DNA from: Tubulanus polymorphus
Lineage: Eukaryota > Animalia > Nemertea
Assembly (NCBI RefSeq): GCF_964204645.1
Contig: NC_134030.1
Coordinates: forward strand, 17,630,210 to 17,694,209
DNA length: 64,000 nt
Reading direction: 5' to 3'
Made by a program: the position numbers and the translations under genes. This document shows, in pieces, positions 39,602 to 49,866 of this stretch (its first letter is position 1; the number at the start of each line of letters is the position of its first letter). A model generated the notes under the pieces. That model was given only the letters and a program-made list of their open reading frames with translations, did not search any database and was not told where the DNA came from.

Positions 39602-40371
39602 TAATATTTGTTTGAATGTTTTTTTTTAATATTTTCCATATCTTCTTCTGTTAATTTAGGTTTTTCATAATAATCGTTAAATAATAAATATAAATACATT
39701 TTCTTTTGTTTTGTGTTAAATGTTGATGGAATAATTGTTTTTATTATATCTTTTTTAGTTATTTCACCATTTTTATTTTCTATCATTTTCATTTTTTCAA
39801 GCCATTGCATATATTCTGGTGTATGATCTTCTATAGAAAATATTTTAAAAATTTCATCTAGATAATTTAATTTTGGTTCTATGAGAAAATCTCTAATTTT
39901 TTCTTCACCCCATAAATTCCTTTGCCATCCACAATCAACACAAAATATCTCAGTACCCTCTTGTCTTAAGGTCGCATAATAACATTGTGGGCATTTTTGT
40001 TTATAATTTCTTGGTAATAGATCTTCATTAAGCTCTTGGTATTTACTTACGTTTTCTATATGTTTTATTGTTCTATTATGTAGATTTGAATTACTAGCTG
40101 TAATAATCAATTTACAATATTTACAATAATATGTTTTTCTTGTTAATTCATTATATTGTTTTTCTAACTTTTCAACTGTTTCTTTATTATCTGGTAACGT
40201 TTTCTCATATTCTATTTTTTCTAATAAACTATTTTTTCTTTCATTGAATTCAGTTTCAAATTTATTTGAAATTTTATCTATATGTATTTTACGAAATTGA
40301 TGATTCTCCCAAGCTTCTATATTTTCAGGACTAAATTTCATTCGACAAGGCTCGCAGAAATGATCTTTCAT
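39601..40371 (-). CDS. Viral multi-zinc-finger protein (two C2H2 H-x5-H fingers plus a C4 ribbon)
   Basis: CEPC..H-x5-H, CKYC..H-x5-H, CPQC..CVDC. Confidence 0.7.
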   Translation of the reverse strand: MKDHFCEPCRMKFSPENIEAWENHQFRKIHIDKISNKFETEFNERKNSLLEKIEYEKTLPDNKETVEKLEKQYNELTRKTYYCKYCKLIITASNSNLHNRTIKHIENVSKYQELNEDLLPRNYKQKCPQCYYATLRQEGTEIFCVDCGWQRNLWGEEKIRDFLIEPKLNYLDEIFKIFSIEDHTPEYMQWLEKMKMIENKNGEITKKDIIKTIIPSTFNTKQKKMYLYLLFNDYYEKPKLTEEDMENIKKKHSNKY

Positions 40372-40652
40372 ATTATCCTTGTCATAGAATAAGAAAGGTC
40401 TTTTCCAAATAATTTCAGGTTCAACTTCAACAGAATTACTATTACTTTCATTACTATCAACATTAGCCGTTGCGCCATTAATTTTACACTTCTCTGAATG
40501 TTTTTAACATAATTTCTTGAGAACAATTTATTACATTTTGGGCAGTTTATTTTAGGGGGTTTATAATTTTCATCATGTTTTTTCATATGTCGAGCCATAT
40601 TACTTTTTCTTAGAAGTTCACCACAAATTTCGCATGCTATCTTCTCATCCAT
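40368..40652 (-). CDS. Viral C2H2 zinc-finger protein (probably frameshifted)
   Basis: CEICGELLRKSNMARHMKKH, then CPKC; TAAATG start. Confidence 0.7.
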   Translation of the reverse strand: MDEKIACEICGELLRKSNMARHMKKHDENYKPPKINCPKCNKLFSRNYVKNIQRSVKLMAQRLMLIVMKVIVILLKLNLKLFGKDLSYSMTRII

Positions 40653-40720
40653 TTATTAAGGAAAAATTTTATTGAAATTAATTTTTAGTGATGAGCGGTA
40701 ATTTTTTCATGTTATAAATA

Positions 40721-41497
40721 ATGGTAGAATTAAAAGAATAAGAATACAGAATATTTGTTGATTCTAGAAAACTTACAAATTATAGATCACATGATTTACT
40801 AGTTCAATTAGATAGAGAATTTAAGAATTGTGTTGATTTAAAATGAGTAAATATAAGTTTATGTAATTCTTCTTATAATATAACAGCTAAAACTTTTGAA
40901 CATAGAGACTTTTTAATTCATATTGGAGACTTTTTAATTCATATTGGAAATAAAAATAAATGGTTTCATCTATTTTTAAAACCAGGGTTATATAATTTAG
41001 AAACATTAGCCCAAGATATTAATCGGAAAGCAGGATTAAAACTTGAAAGTGAAGATAAATTTTCAATTAGATTTATAAAAAGTGATTGTTCTGATAAAAT
41101 TAAAATAAAGTTAGCCAATGAACAAAATAAATTCATGGTAAACAAGCCAATAGCTAAAATGTTAGGAATTAAACCGCGTATTGTTACTGGAAACGTAGAA
41201 GGTAGCTCAAATTAAATACCTTTTACACACTTTTATATTTATTGCAATTTAATTGACCCAACAAAAACATTTGAAGCAACTAAAGATACAATTTGTAATT
41301 CTAGTATACTAAATATTTTACCATTAAAAAATATTAAACAATTTGGAACGCAAATAAATTATAATTTAGCTGAATGAAATTTTAAACCTTGTATTCTTCA
41401 ATTTAATAATTTTAAATTAGAAATAAGAAATCATAATGGATATTTAATTGATTTGAATAACTTTCCTGTAATTTATGAATTAGTTATAGGATGTTAA
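40721..41497 (+). pseudogene. Minor capsid protein (penton, single jelly-roll)-like pseudogene; not in the ORF track
   Basis: Manual translation gives LKPGLYNLETL..FYIYCNLID..ILNILP..LEIRNHNGYLIDLNNFPVIYEL, matching Polinton penton-type motifs. Several stops and a ~22-bp tandem duplication near 40905-40950. Confidence 0.65.
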
Positions 41498-41500
41498 GAG

Positions 41501-41523
41501 TAATTTTTTTCACTATATAAATG
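41501..41523 (+). promoter_or_regulatory. Representative copy of the element-wide TAATTTTTT-N6/7-TAAATG promoter-like motif
   Basis: TAATTTTTTTCACTATATAAATG. Related copies precede starts at 34263, 40652(-), 40721, 41878, 42124, 42567, 43009, 44268, 45741 and 48966. Confidence 0.75.
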
Positions 41524-41874
41524 AATATAACTGTTGGACCGAGTATACGTTTTGGGTTTGATTTTAAACGTGAGAAAGAAATGAAATTTAACATTACTGA
41601 TGTAATTATACATATTAAAAATATTGCATTTTCTAATGAAAAAACATTAGAGTATGAAACAACAATAGATAAAGAAACTTTAAATGTAGAAAAGATTACT
41701 AATTTAATTAGACAATCTTTAAGATTTTATGAATTAGATGAAGATTTTATCATCGATGATATTAAAAAAATAATAATTGAAATATACACAAATGAAACTA
41801 GTAATGAAATAAATGTTGAAATAATTATAAATAAGATAACTAAATATTTTGAAGATAGTAATTTTTTTGATTAA
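41521..41874 (+). CDS. Hypothetical viral protein
   Basis: Intact ORF with the conserved upstream motif. Confidence 0.6.
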   Translation: MNITVGPSIRFGFDFKREKEMKFNITDVIIHIKNIAFSNEKTLEYETTIDKETLNVEKITNLIRQSLRFYELDEDFIIDDIKKIIIEIYTNETSNEINVEIIINKITKYFEDSNFFD

Positions 41875-41877
41875 TAA

Positions 41878-42099
41878 ATGAGTGATAATAAGTGGATAAT
41901 AACTGGATTATATGATGGAGCATTACTATCAGTTGGAACTGTTGGTTATTCAATGGTATTAAAAAAAGTATTTAAAATGGGAAGTATTAATGTTGATAGA
42001 TTTGATATAAATGATATCTTAAAATTAACATTAGCAGTTACTTTATCTAATTTAACTATTGATTATTTAGAAAAACAAAAATATATTCCTCCCATATAA
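41878..42099 (+). CDS. Small hydrophobic viral protein
   Basis: 73 aa, two hydrophobic segments, conserved upstream motif. Confidence 0.6.
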   Translation: MSDNKWIITGLYDGALLSVGTVGYSMVLKKVFKMGSINVDRFDINDILKLTLAVTLSNLTIDYLEKQKYIPPI

Positions 42100-42123
42100 A
42101 TGCGTAATTATTTTACTAAATAA

Positions 42124-42540
42124 ATGGCTTCTGCAGTTATAACTATTATAGGATCGGCAATTGTTAACGCTTTAGCATTTACTGGTGGTGGATATTTATT
42201 TAAGCATATTGATAAAAATGGATCATTAACAGAACAAAAAAGATATAACTTAGCAGTAGAAAAATACAATAAAGCAGCAGAAGAATATAGAGAAAAGAGG
42301 CAAAACTATATGGATTATATTAACAAGGAATTATATGATCAGAAGATTTCACATAGAGATTTTCAATCAGTTGATGATGCAATGAGTTTATATAACGCGG
42401 TAACAAATAAAGAAAAATTACATATATACAAACCTAAATTATCAGATTATTCTACCCCAATTAAAGAACAACAGAAATATGAATTATTTGGATTTTAGGC
42501 GGAACTGTTATTGTTATATTTGTAGCGTATAGATTTACTA
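42124..42540 (+). CDS. Viral protein with N-terminal hydrophobic helix and coiled coil (C-terminus frameshifted)
   Basis: MASAVITIIGSAIVNALAFTGGGYLF..; conserved upstream motif. Confidence 0.6.
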
Positions 42541-42566
42541 ATTAGTAATTTTTTTTTGCAAAATAA

Positions 42567-42992
42567 ATGGATGATAATATTGATATTATTCCTCATGATA
42601 TAAATAAAACTAAATTAAAAATGTATTTAGAAAAACAAATATTAGAATTTGAAAGTGACTTAAAGATAAAGAAGAAAAAATATTTAAAAAGTAAAATTAT
42701 ATATTATTTGATTATCAGTGGTTCAGTTACAATTAGTTCTGTAATAACATTTCTAGCAATATTCAGCCCATTAACACCTTTAGCTATATCAATTGGTGTA
42801 TTAGGATTAAGTTCAAGTGTTTTAACCGGAATAATTTCAAAATTAAATATAAAAAGTAATAAAGAAAAAATTTAAACTAATATAAAAGAAATTAATAAAT
42901 TGAAGAATACACTAGATTATATAATAAGTTTAAATGGTCATATAACAGTTGAAGAACAAGATAAATTATTAAAAGAATTAGTTAATTATTAA
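42567..42992 (+). pseudogene. Two-TM viral membrane protein (premature stop at 42873)
   Basis: Two hydrophobic helices; the frame continues past the stop to TAA at 42990. Confidence 0.55.
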
Positions 42993-43008
42993 TTTTTCTA
43001 TTATATAA

Positions 43009-44251
43009 ATGGTAGATAGTTTTCCAAAGGCTTTCCAATATAATAAATCAATTAAATATAATATTCCTGCAATAGATTTTAATAAAGATATTACATATAG
43101 AAATGAAGTTTTAGATTCATTAACTAATTTAGAAATTTATGTTACTGAAACTAAAATGAAATAAATCTAATATGAAGTATTGGCAGAACCAATTAAATTT
43201 TGCTGTTTATTGCGCTACAACAGGATGTGGAATAAGTTGGAATGATCATTTAAACAAACCAAGTTTACCATTGATGTTATCACATTTTAGATTTCATACT
43301 TATTTTCAAATAAAATTAATATTAGATGAATTAGAATGTCCTTTACCAGGTTCAAAATATTTTAAAGAATTGAATAATAATATTAATTTTTCTAAGTTTT
43401 ATAAAATATGTAATGAATTTAATATTAATTCAAATAAAGATTTTAGAGCAAAAATTGGAACAATGGGTAGATTAGGAATATTATATACTAAAGAATTTGG
43501 AAAAATAATGACAAATTCAGATATAAGAACACCAAATTGGAATGAATTACCAAAATATTATAATAATATACAACAACAAAACAATAATGGTTGGGTTAAT
43601 TTCATTTTAGAAAATAGTGAAGGTTTTACTAAAGCTGGAATACAAAGAATAAATCAATCTATTAGAACTTATTTGATATGTATTTTAGGTGCGCAAGTTG
43701 AAACAAGATCACCAATATTTGGAAATGATAACACTTCATTTGATGCGCAGAAATAATTCAAAGTATTATTTGAAGATTCAATTCATAATGATAAAAATAG
43801 ATCGATTCCAGAAAACATTTAAAGATATCAAAATTATCTAGATAAATCACATATTAGATTAAATTATTGTATAGGCCCTAATATATTAATTATTTCTAAT
43901 GATTTAGTATTAAAGATGGGAAATATAATTGGTTATAATAATCTAATTAAAACTGCAACAATAAATAATTCATTTGGATTAAATGATATAAATAAAAAGA
44001 TTATTACTGCTCCAAAATTAATGGAAGGTGAAAAAAATAAAAAACATATTCAATCAACAGAAACTAAAACTAAGAATATTAAATTAAATAATGATTCTAA
44101 ACCGGATTATAATACATCAAAAAATATTAAAACTGATAATATTCAACATGATATTAAAACTGATAATGATAATAAATTCCATGAAAATACTAAATTAGCT
44201 TTAACTTGTATAGGAATTGTTATAGGAGGAATATTATATTTTAAATTTTAA
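43009..44251 (+). pseudogene. Conserved-looking viral protein of unknown function with C-terminal TM anchor
   Basis: Fragments WQNQLNFAVYCATTGCGIS.., FRFHTYFQ, SIRTYLICILGAQ and a terminal LALTCIGIVIGGILYF. Contains stops and a frameshift. Confidence 0.6.
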
Positions 44252-44267
44252 TTTTTTTATTATACAA

Positions 44268-45724
44268 ATGGATGTAGAAGGTGGAGAAGATATTGGAATA
44301 GATAATTTTGATGAACCTGGCATAACTGATGAACAACAACCTGATTTTAGTGAAACAAGTTTTAATGACGGTAATGAGCCAGAATATAATAATAATTTAA
44401 ATATGCCTGATTATATTAAAAATGCTGAATCACAAATAGATCCTGAAAATGTAATTCCAGATTTAGTAAAACAAGATTTAGATAATTTAAACAAAATACC
44501 TAAATTAAAACGTATAATTGAAAATTCTGAATTTATTATAAATGATGAAGCCGTTGGACCTTTGGCAGATGAATTAAAATTTTTAGATAATGGTAAATGG
44601 TATTATCATTTTTAAGGTGATTATTATATTGATATCACTTATAAACGTGAAAACAAAATATTAGCAAAATCAACTTTAGAAAAATTAGAACCAGGTAGAA
44701 TTAAAAGAATTAGTAATAGTAATGTAATAACTGATGTTATAAAACAAGAATTAACTGTTAATGATATAGACGTATTTAAACAAAAAATTAATGAATTATT
44801 TGAAAAAAATCAAAAGTAAATCAGAAACGGAAACAATTCCTAAAGAAGTTAATAATTCCAAAACTAGTAAACTTAAATCAAATAAAGTTCCAATTGAAAA
44901 ACTTTTACCGAATGGATTAATTGATGCAACAGATCAACAATTAGAAGATTTAAATAATATATTTTCTGTTGAAGCAATTAGAGAAATTAAAAGTATAAGA
45001 CTTGCATCTGATAAAATTGCGCATGATAAAAGTATGAGATATTAAAATTAGAACTTTAGAAAAAGAATTAACTGATAAAAATAAAGAAATAGAACAATTA
45101 AAGTCTGATTTAGATCATCAAGTAATTGATGAAATAGAATATAGGCACAAAGAATTACGATTAGAAAAAGAAATTAATAATTTAAAAGATAATTTAGAAG
45201 TAGAGAATGAAGAAATTAAATTATTATTAAAATCATATGATTATAATATTAATAGATTAAAAGTTATTTTTAAAGATTTGTTGATAAAACCAAATTCTGA
45301 AATATCATTGAAAGATAGAATAAAATTATTATCTAACTTAGAAGGAATCACAATTCTTTCAATTCTAACAGCTGTAACTATGTTATTTACAACAATTGGT
45401 TTAGCAATATCAAATTCATTAAAATCTACACCTACTCCCAATAAACCAGATAAACCCCCGAATGATAATAGTTCTATTCCAGATAAAGTTAAAGATGGTT
45501 TAAAGAAATTAGCAAAATATTTATGGGAACTATCTAAAAAATCTGCTGCAGCTTTACCAGGAATTATTGCATCAATTGTTAGTTTTATATTGAAATCTGC
45601 AGGTAATATTCTTAACTTTGCTGCTGAACATATTATTTTATTTTGAATTACAGTTGTAAGTGCTATTATTTTTGGGTTAGTGAATATGATATCAAAAAGA
45701 TATCAAGAAAAAATAAATAATTAA
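44268..45724 (+). pseudogene. Large viral protein: acidic N-terminus, coiled coil, C-terminal hydrophobic/amphipathic helices
   Basis: ORF pieces 44268..44615, 44791..45045 and 45278..45646 form one broken frame that ends at 45724. Confidence 0.6.
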
Positions 45725-45740
45725 TTTTTTTGTTAAATAA

Positions 45741-46994
45741 ATGAGTGGGAGTTATATAAGTCCTTCTAATATTTCTAGAATATCTAATGCTATTAAAGCA
45801 GAAAGATCACATCATATAATTACTCATAATCCTTCAAATATTAATCCCGATGAAACTTTATATGTTAGAATTCCTAGATTAACAAAAAAATACTCTTTAT
45901 GTTCCAAATAGTATTTATTTATCAGCCGATATAAAAGTATCTGGTCATGATAATAATTATGTTGTCGATAATGTTGGAAGATATTTGATTAAAAAATTAA
46001 CTATAATGATTGGTCCAGAAACAGTTTTCTCATTAGATGATTATAATTTATTCATGCATTATAAAGATTTATGGTTAACTAAATGAAATAGAAATAATAT
46101 GATATTTCAAGGCATTCAATCGGAAAACCATAATAAATTAAGATCAGGAGCTAATGACGCAATAGTAACCCGTGCCGCAGATAATTTGATTAAAATGATT
46201 TATGAGAGCAAATATAAGTTCCATTAGACTTTGAATTGATAAATAATAATGTACCTTTATATAAATATGTAATTCAAGAAGATATGATATTTGAGATAAC
46301 ATTTGCTCCTGCAAATGCAATTGTATTATCTAGCGTTGTTAAAGATATGAGTTATAAATTATCGAATATATGTTTAGAATATGACACAGTAACTAATGAA
46401 AATATTGCTAGCACAATTCAAACTCAATACAATCAAGGATTTTCATTACTATATGATTATATTGATAAATTTAAAACTGTAACTATTAATGCAAATGATG
46501 AAATAATTAATGAGAATATTAACTTCCCAAGAAGATCTATTAAAGGTATATTAATATTTTTTACCATTGCAACATATTCTAATGGCGCAATAAAGGTAGA
46601 TAATTATTATAATCCTGAAATAGCAAAAGTAGAAATAACAATTGAAGGCATAGCAAATAAAATATTTTGTCAAGGAATGAGAATGATAGATCAATGGCCA
46701 GAAATTAGAAAACATTTTATGAATGAAAAAGTAAAATCATCTGAAAATTGTAATATTAATCAAATTGATTATTATGCCGGTAATAAATATGCATTATGGT
46801 TAGATTTTAGAACAACAGAGGATAATTCATTACATGGTTCTGGAAAAAAACTACAGAACACTAAAGATGGAATACAATTATTCATGAAAAAGAAAAAAAG
46901 AAAAGGAAGCTTAAATTTTAAATTGCACATTTATATTATATCTGACGCACAATTAAATATTGTAAATTCACAATTAGATAGTATTCAATATTAG
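45741..46994 (+). pseudogene. Major capsid protein (double jelly-roll)-like, disrupted
   Basis: ~415-codon beta-rich frame (ITHNPSNINPDETLYVRIPRL..YKLSNICLEYDTV..YALWLDFRT..LHGSG). Size and position fit a Polinton MCP; the fold cannot be verified without a profile search. Confidence 0.65.
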
Positions 46995-47024
46995 AAATAT
47001 AAAGTTAAAATTAACGATATATAA

Positions 47025-48152
47025 ATGTGTGGTACAAAAACTCCTAATACTAAAGAACAATATTTAAGAACTTTATATTACAACCCTGAGAGTTCGGTTG
47101 CTTATTCTTCAACCAAAAATATATGGCGTCAAGTAAAACAAGATAAATTAGATAAGATAATCCCACAAAATGTAGTTAAATATAAAGATATAAATGAATT
47201 TATGTTAGAACAACCAACATATACTACACATAAAAAAATTGTTAGAAAATATAAAACTCGTAAAACTATGGTAAGTTATGTAGATCAACAGTTGCAAGGA
47301 GATTTAATTGATATGAAAAATGTTAAGAAAGATAATGATGATTATTGGTGTGATATTGAATATAATTGATATTTTTAGTCGTTATGTATGGAGCTTCCCA
47401 CTTTATAGAAAAGATGCTGCACAAATGTTTTAAGAAAATTTCTTTCGGATGATAAACTAAAACCAGAAAAAATACAATTTGATGATGGAAAAGAATTTGA
47501 TAATTCACTTGTTCATGAACTCTTAGAAAATCATAATATTAAATATTTTTCAACAAAATCGGATAAAAAAGCAGCAGTTGTTGAACGATTTAATAGAACA
47601 TTAAGAACAAGAATGTGGAAATATTTTACAGCAAATAATACTTTTAAATGGATTGATGTTTTACCAAAATTGATAGAAGGATATAATAATTCTTATCATT
47701 CTTCTATTGGAATGAAACCTATTGATGCTAGAAAACCTGAAAATGCTGAAATTGTTTGGAATAAATTATATGGAGCATTTCTTGTAGATGATTTTGGTGA
47801 ACCTAAATTTAAAGTTGGTCAAAATGTTAGAATTTCTAGGTATAGAAAGATATTTGATAAAGGATACGATCGAAATTTTACTGGAGAAATATATAAAATA
47901 AAAAAGGTAATAACAACAAAACCATATGTCTATAAATTAGAAGATTTAGATGGTGAAGAAATTGATGGCTACTTTTATGAAGAAGAATTGAGTTTAAGTA
48001 CTGAAAATCTAGAACAAGAATATAAAATTGAAAAAGTATTAAAAACAAAAACTATTAAAAGAAAAAAATATTCTTTAGTAAAATGGGTTGGATGGCCAGA
48101 TAAATTCAATGAATGGATAATATCAAGTAAAATTAAAAAAATATATAAATGA
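47025..48152 (+). pseudogene. Retroviral-like (rve) integrase with C-terminal chromodomain
   Basis: YYNPES..; QGDLIDM; FDDGKEF; KAAVVERFNRTLR; YNNSYHSSIGMKP; KFKVGQNVRI; chromodomain EYKIEKVL..VKWVGWPDKFNEWI. Frameshifts near 47350-47460. Confidence 0.92.
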
Positions 48153-48757
48153 ATAAGGAATTATTTATATTTGAGACTCATAATATGTTCATTTCTGGCG
48201 TAACAAATTGTGGAAAAACTTATTTTATATTAAATTTATTAGAAACTGTTTATAAAAACTATTTTGATAATATAGTATTATTTTGTCCAATATATGAATT
48301 TAATCAAACTTATGATAGAAATATTACTAGAAATAATAAATTTATTATATTAGATCCTAAAACAGTAAAAGAAAATTTAGATAATTGTATTAAAATAGCA
48401 ATAGATATTTATAAAGGATCAAATACATTATTCATTATAGATGATTGCGCAAATTTACATGATTCAAAAGTGAGAGAAAGTGAGTTATGTTATCTGACTT
48501 TCTCTGGGAGACATTTTGGGATAACAACATGGGTTTTAAATCAAAAATATAATTCAATTGTTAAAGACTTTAGAGAAAACATTAGATTTCTAGTTTTATT
48601 CTACAATAAAGATAAAAAATTGATGAAAAATGCACTTGAGGAAAATGATATTATTCCACATGATTAACATAATGAATATATGGATAAATTGAAAAATATT
48701 AAAAGATCAAAATTACTATTTAGATTACAACACCCATTTAAATATGAATTTATTTAA
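48149..48757 (+). pseudogene. A32/FtsK-like DNA packaging ATPase (premature stop at 48665)
   Basis: Walker A SGVTNCGKT, Walker B FIIDD, SGRHFGIT and the downstream NQ motif. Confidence 0.88.
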
Positions 48758-48965
48758 ATTCAACAGGTTTGTTAATCTATTACATATTTAGTTACATTCT
48801 AGTTGAATTCTAGTTATTAGTAGTTGGAACAAAAATCAAATAAAATTCAACAAGAAATAAACAAAAACAACAATATTTCAACTAGCTTGTTAATCTAGTT
48901 GAATTCTAGTTACATTCTAGTTGAATTCTAGTTGCAACAACACAACTAATTTGTTTGTTATATAA

Positions 48966-49556
48966 ATGGTGGGTGAAAAGAAAATAAAATCTAAAAATGG
49001 TGATGTTCCAATTGAAAAAACATTAGATGATTTAGGAATAACAGAAACAAAATTAATTCCAGATGATGGTGCTTTAAATAATGTTACAACAAATAATAAT
49101 TATGAATATTATCTTTATTGTAAACATCAATTAGAAATATTAATAGCATCTGGAAAATGTAAAAATTTTATCGGTAAAAATTTAACTTATAAAGAATTAG
49201 ATACAATGAAATCACATGAAATTATTAGATTATTTAAGATTTATGAAACCGCGAGAACAGCTAGAATTAATGACGCGATATCAGAAAATGTAGTTAAAGG
49301 TTATAGTAAATTATGTAATTATATGCTGCCAATTCAAGATGAAAATAGATTATATGCTGATTTAAAAAATGATTATTTAGTTATGACCGAATTAAATAAA
49401 TGGATTGGATATTTATCATTTCAATTAGGTGGATTTATGACATTATTATCAACTGGAGCTACAACATTTTCAAATATTGAAAGTAAAAATATTTCTGTAA
49501 TAAATGAACAAGGTGGAAGAAGTGAAGAAAAAACCGAGATCACAGAAACAAATTGA
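48966..49556 (+). CDS. Hypothetical viral protein
   Basis: Intact 196-aa ORF with the conserved upstream motif. Confidence 0.6.
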   Translation: MVGEKKIKSKNGDVPIEKTLDDLGITETKLIPDDGALNNVTTNNNYEYYLYCKHQLEILIASGKCKNFIGKNLTYKELDTMKSHEIIRLFKIYETARTARINDAISENVVKGYSKLCNYMLPIQDENRLYADLKNDYLVMTELNKWIGYLSFQLGGFMTLLSTGATTFSNIESKNISVINEQGGRSEEKTEITETN

Positions 49557-49866
49557 ATGGTCTCGGCAATTAGGAATTAAATCACAAGAATATAAAAAAG
49601 CTGTAAAAGAAAAAATAAGTAATAAAAATGTTAATAAAAATGGTGAAAATATTGTTATTTCTACTCCTTCTAATGATAGAATATTTGATAAATGTCTATA
49701 TTTTACAGTTGGATTTGTAATTGTATTCATTTTGATTGGGTGTAATTGGTATAAGAAATCAAATAAAATTCATGATATTAATAATTCTGAAACAACTGCT
49801 ATTAAAAATGAAAATACTTCTGAAATTCCAAAATTGATAATAAAAAAAAATGGATTAATTTTTTAG
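49504..49866 (+). CDS. Basic viral protein with one TM segment
   Basis: KKKPRSQKQIEWSRQLG.. plus hydrophobic LYFTVGFVIVFILIG; TAAATG start. Confidence 0.55.
   Translation: MNKVEEVKKKPRSQKQIEWSRQLGIKSQEYKKAVKEKISNKNVNKNGENIVISTPSNDRIFDKCLYFTVGFVIVFILIGCNWYKKSNKIHDINNSETTAIKNENTSEIPKLIIKKNGLIF

Noticed and set aside
34263-49866. Alternative genetic code or programmed frameshifting to explain in-frame stops in the viral genes
   Set aside because: Both TAA and TGA stops occur at positions expecting different residues, along with scattered indels. This pattern is neutral decay or sequencing error.
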